A stretch of 64,000 bases of DNA from assembly GCA_951406725.2 (NCBI GenBank), contig OX597837.1:13764001-13828000 (forward strand). Reading direction: 5' to 3'. Shown here piece after piece: positions 40,501 through 52,600 of this stretch; the first letter of the stretch is position 1; each line of letters begins with the position of its first letter. The notes beneath the pieces are model-generated. The model saw only the letters and a program-made list of their open reading frames with translations. It searched no databases and had not been told where the DNA came from. The position numbers and the translations under genes are program-made. Origin of the DNA: Octopus vulgaris. Lineage: Eukaryota.

Positions 40501-42092
40501 ACAACAGGGCATCTAGAGACACACACACACACACATTAATAACAGGCTTCCTTCAATTTCCAAAATCTACCAAATCTACTTACAAGTCTTTGGTGGGCCT
40601 GGGGCTATAGCAGAGGACTGCTTCTACACAACTGGGACTGAACCCAAGACCACACGGTTGGGAAGCAAACTTCTTAACCACACGCCCACGCCTGCACCTG
40701 TAAACAGAACCGAAATACTTACCAATTTCCAGCTGCTCTTTGATACTTGTAGGCATTCCATCTTCTCCCTCCCGTTCGTGTGCATCGGCGTAGGTGCGCT
40801 GGATTCGATGCAACTCTTGGCTGAGACGCATAAACTTATCATTGAGTACTTGAAATCCAAGCATCAAACAAAAATGAGTTAAATAGAAACATTCTGTGAT
40901 AAAATTGTACGTTTGATTGCTTGACGACGCCAGATCTTCTTCATTTTCGGGTTTTGAAATTAAGCAGGTTAATTTCATTAAATCTGAGCAAGTAAAATGT
41001 AATTAATTGGATGTTAGACATTGACAGATATATACAAAAAAGACAACTAAAATGGACAAAGTGGTGAAAGACTGGCTGGCTTTATTTAGCACCCTGCCCC
41101 GCAACCAGCAGAAACCAGATTTTTTAGCCATTATTTAAGAAATCATGAAATAAAAGCAGTGCTTTGGTTTAAGAGTTTTGCATTTAAATGAGTCATATCT
41201 GGACCAAATATTCTGTTTTATATTCAAACTGGTCAGATCCAGCCTCTCACACCTATCCTTCAATGTCATTCTAAATATATACAATTGCATCATTAAAATC
41301 TCAAAGCTACAAGATAATGCATAATTAATTGAAAATAATGTGAACAAAAGCACTCAGAGAGCAAAAACCTCCGCCAAGGCAGCACCAACAATTAGTCTGA
41401 GATGATTTTTAAAATGAAAATATCTGAAATAATCTCGACTGCTCTCACAAACGAGAATACGAAAAATGAACCTGACCACTCTCAAAAATTAAGTAAAAGT
41501 TAAAAAAATAGGAAAAATAATCCAGAATTCTTATCCGGTACCGGGTGGATCCCCAAATCTAGTCAGTTTGCACCAGTCATGAGGCAAAACATCTCTGAAA
41601 CTTTCACCTGAATCCATTCAGCAGTTCTTGAGATATTTTCTCCATGGACAAACAAACTAATAAACCTGACCGAAAACAATATTTCTGCCTTAGAGAAGGC
41701 AGAAGTAATAAATAAGCTTTACATTGAACAGAGGAATCTGAATGTTCAGGGGTTAATCTTTACTGTACAGGGATTGAGTATATTCAGTTCCAAGCACTTG
41801 AGACAAAAAAAACTTGCTTACTCGTTTGTGATAGTCAGGTACTGTCTTGAACTCTCCAGGTTTCATACGATGTAGTATACTCTTTTACTTGCTTCAGTCA
41901 TTTGACTGCAGTCATGCTGGAGCACCATCTTTAGTCAAGCAAATTGACCCCCAAGACTTTATTATTTGTAAGCCAAGTACGTATTCTATTGGTCACTTTT
42001 GCCGAACTGCTAAGTTACAGGGATGTAAACACACCAACGTCAGTTATTGAGTGATGGTGGGGGGGACAAACACAGACACACAAAGACATACT

Positions 42093-42124
<32 letters not shown>

Positions 42125-45100
42125 TATATGTGTATATATGATGGGCTTCTTTCTCAGTTTACGTCCACCAAATCCACTCACAAAGCTTTGGTTGGCCCAA
42201 GGATATAGTAGAAGGCACTTGTCCAAGGTGCCCCACAGTGGGACTGAACCCAGAACCATGGGGTTGGGAAGCAAGCTTCTTACCACACAACCATGCCTAT
42301 AAAACAAGCTTATTCCAGTTTCTGTTTAGCAAATCCACTCAGAATCTACTTTGGTCAGCCTGGGGTTATAAAGTATTTGCCCAAGTTGCCATGCACTGAG
42401 ACTGAACCCAGAACCAAGTGGTTGGGAAGCTAGCTTCTTAACCACACAGCCACACTTGCTCCTATTCAGAGAATTCTTAACACGTCAGTGAAACCATTAC
42501 AAAGTTGCTGTATATGAACTTAGAAATATCAAATACTTGAGTTGAATCTCAACACCGTTTTGTCTTACCTTTAGCATGGATGTTCCTCTTCTTCGCATCC
42601 TCATCACTTGTTACCACGGCAGCCGTGTATGTTGGGTCGATTTTGAATATCTTCGAAGAAATGTTTTTACAAAACGGCTGACAAAGTTTCAACATCACAT
42701 AGCAGAGATTAAGAAAGAATCGGTCAGAACAGTAGATGTTATCAAAAGGGTACCTCATCTGAGCGGTCCAAAGTTTGGCTCGATCTGTGAAATCAGATGA
42801 TTTGGTGATTTAAGTAAAAAGCACACGGAAGAGAGAAAAAAACAACAAATAAAAACATCAACCACAATTAAAGTATAACAGAGTCATTCTTAACTGTAAA
42901 ACCTATAAAACAGTCACATTAAATTATGTGGTAATCCTGCTCAAAACATGAAGAATCAAAAGAAATACTGCCAAGCATTTGGCCTGATGGGATCTTTTCT
43001 GTTTAGCTGCCAATTTTGAATTCGTTCAATTTTGTTCCAATTGATTTGCCAGCCCCCTCTGGCCCCTGTGCCGGTGGCATGTAAAAAGCATCCACTACAC
43101 TCACAGAGTGGTTGGCGTTAGGAAGGGCATCTAGCTGTAGAAACTCTGCCAAATCAGATTGGAGTCTGGTTCGCCAGACCTCAGTCAAATCGTCCAACCC
43201 ATGCTAGTATGGAAAGCGGATGTTAAATGATGATGATGATGATGATGAAAAGCAAATTAGACAAAAGACAACACAGAAACAAGTAGTTAAATAAAAGCTA
43301 CAAAAATTGAATGTTTTATGTGAGATATTTGCAGGATGATGGAAAGAAGTCAGAAGGGAAAATCAAATGTGACAACAATGATGAATGATATCGTTAGATG
43401 CACACACCCATCTCCACAGCTCTGTAATCAGTATTGAATACACCTTTGCACTAGCAACATTCAGTTATGTGCAGTGAACATGGAAAAAAACAGAAAAACA
43501 GCAAATACAATGCAAATGCAGTAACCTACCTTCGTTAGAATGTAGGCAATTAGCCAACCAATTTAGGACTTGATGTCGTGTTTCGTCAGAGACTTTAATA
43601 AGTCCATGAAACAACTGGTGGACTTTATCACCAAGGTTTGCCAATGCCTGAAGAGACAATATTATGTAAATATAATGAACTTATTATATATACAGGGTTC
43701 AGAGGTGCACCACAACTCATCACGAACAGTACAGAGAACAATGCACAGGAAGTGCAACAGTAAACGAGGTGTTTACAGAAAGGGGTTGGCGTGGGGTGGG
43801 GGGCATCGGGTGTACTGTTGGCAAATTTCAGGAGGTAAGGGAGTTTTTCAGTGATGTAGTGCCCTGACAGCTAACAACTGATGTGGGTTGTTTATTCCAC
43901 GCTTCATCAATTCTGAGTATGAAAAAAATGTTTCCAAAAGTCATGAGTCTAAGTCATATGGAATTCAAAAAACTGCTCAAAGTTGATAATAATAATAATA
44001 AAATTATTGTATACAGTGCTCAGGTGCACCACAACTTGTCAAAAGTGTGTATAAAGCATATGCAGTAATGTACAAATGTCTGGAAAGCGAACAATGTATG
44101 AGTCAGATACATGCTTGCTTGTGTATGGAGGGGAGAAAATCAGGTGTGGTGTTGGCGAATCTCAGGAAGCATGGAAGTTTTGAAGGATGCAGTGCTCAGA
44201 CAACTAACAACCGATGTTGTTAGTTGTTGTTGTTGGAAAGACAGTGGATAATCTTGTGGGTATCGACCAATTCGGTTGCCAGACATTGAAGCTTTAATAA
44301 ATAGAGATAGTAAATCCTCTGGATAATCCGCCCTCCTCCTTCCAAATATCAGTGGACTCTGATCCAGTCTAGATCCCCACACACTACTTGTCAGTTAAGT
44401 CTATTTTAACATATCCTTAACCCTTTAACATTTAATCCCCTTCCCTTACCAACCCCCTTTACACTGCCCTTTGTGCTGTGACAAAACTTCTTGTTTTAAA
44501 GTCATCTAAACTAAAACCCCTCTTCAAAATGTTCTGTTAATTTATGTTCAACACCAATTAATTTATACTAATTTTATGTTAATTTATGTTCCAAAATTTT
44601 CTGTTAATTTATGTTCCAAACACCAGCTTAATAACGACAAAGTTGTTTTACTGAATTCTTCATCATTTTCTAAATTAATTGAATTGAAGCCAAGGTATTT
44701 CACGATAACGAAGAGGCCAAACTAGCCATACCTGGCCCAAATATTCTACCTGTTTAATGTTCACACTGGTCAGATCCAGTCTCTCACACTGACCCTACAA
44801 TGTTGTCCTTAAAGTAACAATCATGTCACCAAAATCCTATAACAAGAAATAATGCAAGATGAAGCCATTTCCTTCTAAATATGAGAGTAAATACAGTGAA
44901 TTTTTTTGTCAAAATGTGAGGTTTTTTCCCCAACATTTGAAGTGGACTGATGTTTTGGGTAATTACTAATTTGGCTTCAGCAAGTAGTGATTCCAAATTG
45001 GAAGGGTTTACACTTGTAGATTTTACAAAATGTAGAAGAAACTGCTTGATAAATGGTGTTGGTTTATTTATGTCCTCATAATCTATCAGTTTGGCAAAAG

Positions 45101-46655
45101 AGACAGATAGAATAAGTAACCAGACTTTAAAAAAACTAAGTGCTAGAGTTGTTTGACTAAATTCTACAAGACAGTGCTCCGGCATGGCCAGAGTTCCATG
45201 ATTGAAAGAAGTAAAAAATACAAATTTTCAGAGATCAGATTATTAAGTAATTTCTTCAACATGGAATTTGAAATTTTTAAGGGCTTCACAAACATCATAC
45301 ACATATCGTATGTCCTTATGTATTTCATACATTATTGCAAATACTTATTTCTTTATTACCCACAAGGAGCTACACACAGAGGGAACAAACAAGGACAGAC
45401 AAACGGATGAAGTCGATTATATCGACCCCAGTGCGTAACTGGTACTTATTTAATTGACCCTGAAAGGACGAAAGGCAAAGTCGACCTTGGTGGAATTTGA
45501 ACTCAGAATGTAACAACAGACGAAATACCGCTAGGCATTTTGCCCGGCGTGCTAACGTTTCTGCCAGCCCGCCACCATATTATTGCAAATACTGGCATGG
45601 TAATGCACCAATTCCAACATTTCATAGAGGAGAAGATGGCAAAAAAAGAAAAAAAAAAGCCAAACTTGCAGTCTTCACTTCAGTTTCCATGCCCATCCTC
45701 ACTTATGGACATAATTGTTGGGTAATGATCAAAAGAGTACAAACATTTAATACAAGTGTCCAAAATGGGGTTCCCCAAAAGGGATCTTTGGAGTAATGTT
45801 AATTGACAGGGTGCTTAGCTTGGAGATCAGGGAGTCACTCCAGGTCAAGCCTCTACTTCTCCATGTTAAACGGTTGTAGTTCCAGCGATATGTACAGGTG
45901 ATTAGAATGTCGCGGGAAAGAATCGCAAGAGGGATTCTTAAAGCCAAGCCAATTGACAGAAAACCTATGGGTGAACCAAGAATGAGATGGTCAGGTGATA
46001 ACCTTGGTCTCAGTCTCAATTGGTCAAATTTGGGAATCCAGCTGGGAAGTCTAATGACATCTGCTTCTGATAGGTGCCTGAGGATTCTACTCCTATGACC
46101 CTCCAAAGAATAATGGGCAGAGGAGATGGAATGGGCACATTATAGAACGTTACACACAAGGACACAAAACTGAAATACAAGTCTTACCTTCCAAATATTG
46201 GCTTCAATAATGTCATTCTCTGTTTTGGTACCTGCCGATGGGTTGTTAAAGAACTCGTAAGGACCACTGTCTGAGACAGGAATGCAACTGAAGGAGAGAA
46301 TGCAACCAAGTAATGTCTTTTCATAAGATTTGGGGCTGCTGGCCTGTCCTGTGCTGGCCTGTGGTGTGCTGTGTTCTAGGAAAGCCTGCAAGTAAAATCA
46401 ACATTGTTACCAAAATCAGCGCCCAAAAACGAAGATTATTTTTTGTTTCTCTTTTGATTTCACCCTTTCTTTATTTGTCTAAGCTTTCTTCACTGATTTC
46501 TTCACCGAATTCTTCCTAAATTTCATCCCGTTTTCTTCTTCATACTCTCTTCTCTGTCTTACAATTTTGTCTGCTGCAGTATCCCAGCTTCTGTCTTGCT
46601 TCTCTCTCACAGCTATGACCTGTTTTACTAGTAACTGATTGACATCTACCACCAC

Positions 46656-46686
<31 letters not shown>

Positions 46687-49600
46687 TGTTGGTGCAGGTG
46701 TGGCTGTGTGGTAAGAAGCTTGCTTCCCAACCACATGATTCTGAGTTCAACCCCACTGCATGGTATCTTCGATGTGTGTGTGGCCCTGGGCTGACTGACG
46801 AAAGCCTCGTGAGTGGATCTGTTGACAGGCAAGGCGTTTGGACATAGAAAATCTGCCTCGATAAATTCTATCCAACCCATGTGTGCATGGAAAAGTGGAC
46901 GTTAAAATGATGACGACGTGTGTGTGTGTACACACGACAGGCTTCTTTCAGTTTCCATCTATGAAATCCACTCACAAGGCTTAGGTCAGTCCAGGCTACA
47001 GTATGAGACACTTATGAAAGTTTCCATAGTAGGAGTGAACCAAAGGCCACCTGGTTGGGAAGCAGGCTTATCAACTACAAATCAAAATCAAATTCAATGA
47101 CTGGCATCCGTGCTAGCGGGGTGCAAAGAGCACCATACGAGTGTGATCAGTGACAGAGCAGCTAACCGGCTTCCGTGCCAGTGGCACTTAAAAGGCACTG
47201 TTCAAGCGAGATCGTTACCAGCATCACCTTACTGGCACTCGAGCTCCGTGCTAGTAGGGTACTAAGAGCACCATCCAAGCATGATCATTGCCAGAGTGGC
47301 TATCTGGCCTCCATGCCGGTGGCACATAAAAGACACCATTCGAGCGTGATTGTTACCAGCATCGCCTTACTGGCACCTGTGCTGGTGGCAAGCGTAAAAG
47401 ATTCGAGTGAGGTCGCTGCCAGTACCGCCTGAGTGGCACGTAAAAGCACTCACTACACTCTCGGAGTGGTTGGTGTTAAGAAGGGCATCCAGCTGTAGAA
47501 ACTCTGCCAGATCAAGATTAGAGCCTGGTGCAGCCATCTAGTTCGCCAGCCCTCAGTCATTCGTCCAACCCATGCTAGCATGGAAAGTAGACGTTAAACG
47601 ATAACGACAGCCATACCTACAAAACCCTGCATTTCTTCAACAAAACCATTTCAAGAGAAAAAAAAAACCCGAAAAACAAAACATACTGACCAGAGCAAGA
47701 GGTTCAGACCTATGGAAGAACGTCAGGAGGTCAAGGTATTCAAAAAGAGCCACGTGCATAAGATTCAGTTCATTCGTCATATGTTGATAAATAACATCTA
47801 AAATAGGTTGGAAGGCTTCCTTCACGGATCCGTCTTCCGTAAATTTATGAACTTCATTAGCAAGTCTCGTGAAGAAGTCGAGCATCACCATACAGTTGTC
47901 CCCTAGGTGCAGAAGAAGAAGAAGAAGAAGAAAAAAGCCAGCCAAGATGTTAAATGGTAATCAATAACTGACCGATCAATGTAAAATCAAATTAATGTCA
48001 ATTCCTCGTTAGCATCCGCTTGGGCAACTTGCTTGGATCAATAAATCATGACTGGTCTTTCGATAAATGAATGTCTCAAGACAGTGCTCCAGAATGGCTG
48101 CAGTCCAATGACTGAACCATATAAAGAAATAAAAAAAGAAAAACAACAAAATACTAGTATCCTGCCCCCCTTTTTTTACACAGCTTTTGATAACACTGTG
48201 TAACGAGATTTTTATGTTTTTGGTCAATAAGTGTTGTTTCCTATTTGCCTTTATCTAGAAATCAAAGGAAATGGCTACTCTTCCCTTCAAACTCTGCTTT
48301 TCTGACCTGGACATCAATGTTTTGTAACTGACCTATTTCCCATTACATTTCAGACAGACTCAGCACGGAGTTGCTCAAGCAGAAATATCGTTATAGCAAA
48401 TATTCTGCTCAATACCATGGGTTTGCTTGTCAGTTGATTGACCTTAACCCTTTTGTTACCGTATTTCTGTTCAGATGTTCTGTTTCTTTCAATTAATTTC
48501 AAATATAGCAAAGAACTTAGAAAAATAACTTAGTTATCATTAAGCTAGTGTTCTATCTATCTATCTGCTCAGTCGAAGTCGACTCTCGGTCACTTGATGG
48601 ATCAGTGTCCTCCAGTCAGTTCTATCCTGGGCCGCTTCTTTCAGATTGGCTATGTCCATTCTGGTATCACTCTTGATGGTGTCAAGCCAGCGGGTTCTTG
48701 GTCGGCCTCTTCCTCTCTTGCCACTGACCATTCCGAGCATGATGTCCTTCTCCAGGGATTTTCTACGCATAATATGACCGAAATATGCCAATCTCATGTT
48801 AGGAACATTAATTGTGACTAAGGTTTGGTGGAAAATTTTAATTCAAAACTTATGAAAACAAGACATTTGTACTACAGAGCCAGAGGCGGTTTCAGGTGGG
48901 TTAGTAACGAAAGGGTTAACTACTTGAGCATGTCTTTTAGTGGCTGACGACACGGGCGTCTCTGATCATGAGCAGAAGTGGTGAGGGAGCATCATAGCCA
49001 TGTATTGAGAGGGATTCTTTGCGGTTTGAATAAATAACAAAAACAAAGTTAGAGGGAAATATTAGCCATTTTTCATACTTTCCTGGGGTCGGCAAATGGG
49101 AGATAACAGTTGCTACTCAAGTTCAAAAATTGTGTTACAGTGTAATGAAGTAATTAGATATTAATAAATGTTTTTAGAATAATCAGGTATGATGATGATG
49201 GTGGTGATGACAGAAACAATGTGCAAACTCATTTGTGTGTGTTTGTGTGCACATAAGTATATGTGTATATGTATGTGCATATGTGTTTCTGTATAACTAG
49301 TATAATGACGTAGATTATTGTAGATAAGGAAAGAATGTAGATTAGCGGTAGTGTTTTGTAGATAAGGTGATAAGAGAAGATCTAGGGTGGTGGGCATGGC
49401 TGTGTGCTTGAGAAGTTTGTTTCCCAACCATGTGGTTTGGGGTTCAGTCCCACTGAAGAATACTTTAGCAGAAGTGTGTAATGCTTTTATATGTTTGGTT
49501 ATTTAAGCTTAAATACCGCAGAATGGGCTCAGCAGACCCTTTTCTTTCCATTGAATCACATGACCCAGTGGCTTGCCAGACTAGTTGCATGCATTGGTCA

Positions 49601-52600
49601 GTTACTAACTGTCCAATCGCGGGTTTGCAACAGTTTGTTCCCAATGCAGGAAAGACCACTCTGTTATAGAAACCCTTGTATTCTTCCTCGCTTGGTCTTT
49701 GGCAGCAGCCATTGACCACACACACACCACACCTCTTTGGACTAGTGTCAACAAACCAGAGACCCAGCCAGTCTCACAGCTTTCTTCAACCACCCTTCTC
49801 TGGTCTTCATCATAACCACAACAGACAGCAGACTACAGCCACAGCAACAGACCCAGCAGAACTGAAGTCATTCAAATTCTTGTTCCAGACTCTAATATAA
49901 TCATCATTCTCTTTCGGCATTCTAATTTTTATAACGAGAGGAATAAATCGGCGCTTATTCAACTTATCCAAATTTCATCGTTTGCTACTTTTTTTTCTGT
50001 TATAGTACCTTGGGTAAGTGTCTTCTGCTATAACCCTGGGTTAACCAAAGCCTTGAGATTGGATTTGGTAGGCAGAAACCGAAAAGAAGTCGACTGTGTC
50101 TTTGACATGACATGATAGTTGTATGTGTTTGTCACTGTTATATAAGCAGTGACATTCATTTCCGAATGTTCTGCAAAAACAAGTCTGGCTATGGAGAAAA
50201 TATTATCTTCTTGGAAATAGTTAAGGGTTGGTGACAGGAAGGACACCTGACCTTCATCGTCATCACTTAACGTCCGTTGTCCATGCTGGCATGGGTTGGA
50301 TGGTTTGACCAGAGCTGGCAAGTTGGAGAGCTGCACCATGTTCTAGACTGATTTGGCAAGGTTTCTATGGCTGGATGCCCTTCCTAACGCCAACCACCTT
50401 ACAGAGTGTGCTGGGTGCTATGACATGACATCACATGGGTGCTTTTGCATGGCGTCACGTGGGCACTTTTACGTGGCACAACATGGTGTCTTAGAAAATC
50501 TTTTTCAATAAATTCCGTCCATGGGAAAGTAGATGTTATGATGATAACTGGGTAGAAAGAGTAAATGGCAATAATGTGGCTTACCTAAGACTGTCTTGTA
50601 GTTGCTGAAGAAGATGTCAATGAATTGATTTGGCAAGCTTTGACTGCAGACAAGTTCTGGTTGCTGTAGACACAGTTTGGCATTCGTTAAGGCCACGTTT
50701 TGACATCCTTTAACATAATGTTCAAAACTGGTCCCCTGCAAGAAGAATAGAACCATCACAGAAAAAAAAAAAAAACTGAAGATTTCTTTTATCTTTTTAT
50801 CTTTCATGTGTTGCAGTCTGTGGCCATGCTGGGGCACTGCCTTGAAGAAATTTTTAGTTGAATGAATGAACCCTAGTATATATATATATATTTTTTAACC
50901 CGGTATTTATACTATACTATCGTGCTCTTTTTGTTGAACTGCTAAGTTATGGGATGTAAACAAACCAGCACTGGTTGTCAATTATCTTTTTTGCATTCAT
51001 ATTTTCACAGTTTAGATCTTAATTATAAAAAAAAAATATGAAACCATTATTCTGTGATGATTTAGTTAATTTTGTCAAGCTCCCTTTTCAGTTTGTAAGA
51101 TAGAAATTTAAATCTAATAAACTGTTTTAAAAGAAATTTAAAGTGCCAACGTGATAACTGCAAACCTACTTTAGGGCCACCCTGTATGTATGCAATGGCA
51201 CCCACTTGTGCCCACCCCATTCAAACAACTACTTTCATGCCAAGGGTTTTTTCAGGTAGGGTTAGCGATAGCCCCTAACTGACTGGCACTCTGTCAGTGA
51301 CGACCACGAGGGTTCCAGTTGATCCGATCAACCGAACAGCCTGCTCATGAAATTAACATGCAAAGTGGCTGAGCGCTCCACAGACACATGTACCTTTAAT
51401 GTAGTTCTCAGGTTGATTCAGAACGACACAGAATGTGACAAGGTTGGCCCCTTTTGAATTGAGGGTATGACTCATTTTTGTCAGCTGAGTGAATCGGAGG
51501 AACACGAGATAAAGCATCTTGCTCAAGGAACACAACACACTGCCAGGAATCGAACCCATGACCTTTCGATCCTGAGTCGAATACCCAAACCACAAAGCTC
51601 GATGCCTTCACAATGAAGAATAACACCTAGTATGCTGAGAATTGATACGGTTCTTCATCATCATCGTTTAACGTCCGTTCTCCATGCTAGCATGGGTTGG
51701 ATGATTTGACTGGGATCTGGGAAGCCAGAAAGCTGCACCAGGCTCCAGTCTGATCTGGCAGTGTTTCTACAGCTGGATGCCCTTCCTAATGCCAACCACT
51801 CCGAGAGTGCCTTTTACGTACAACCGGCACAGGTGCCAGGCGAGGCTGGCAACGGCCACGGTCAGATGGTGCTTTTTACATGCCACCGGCATGGAAGCCA
51901 GTCAAGGCAGCGCTGGCATCGGCCACGTTCTGATGGAGCTTTTTACGTGCCACCGGCCCGGAAGCCAGTCGAGGTGGAGCTGGCATCAGCCACGATCAGA
52001 TGGTGCTTTTTACGTGCCACCGGCATGGAAGCCAATCAAGGCAGCGCTGGCATCGGCCACGTTCTGATGGAGCTTTTTACGTGCCACCGGCCCGGAAGCC
52101 AGTCGAGGTGGAGCTGGCATCAGCCACGTTCAGATGGTGCTTTTTACGTGCCACCGGCATGGAAGCCAGTCAAGGCAGCGCTGGCATCGGCCACGTTCTG
52201 ATGGAGCTTTTTTTACGTGCCACGTTCTGATGGAGCTTTTTACGTGCCACCGGCATCAGCCACGTTCTGATGGAGCTTTTTACGTGCCACCGGCACGGAA
52301 GCCAGTCAAGGCGGAGCTGGCATCGGCCACGTTCAGATAGGTTGGAAAACAAAACCAATGATGCTTACCCGATATTTAACCAAGAGGTGTTGTGCTCGAA
52401 GAAAGCTGCCAAACAAATAGTGCAGCGATTTCTGTTCGCTTGCATTTTTCCAGTCCTGATCCAAGTGAATTTCGCTCTTTGCACTTTTGCTGTCGAATAG
52501 TATACTCTCTTTGGGATCTTCAAGTAGTAAGCGCTCAAGCACAACCTTCAAAACAAAAAAACAGACACCTTGTGCTTGAGGAGTGTGTGAAATGCAGAGA

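Noticed and set aside
51830-52336. Regular repeats as a CRISPR array
   Set aside because: The DNA is eukaryotic, the units are contiguous with no unique spacers, and there are no cas genes.
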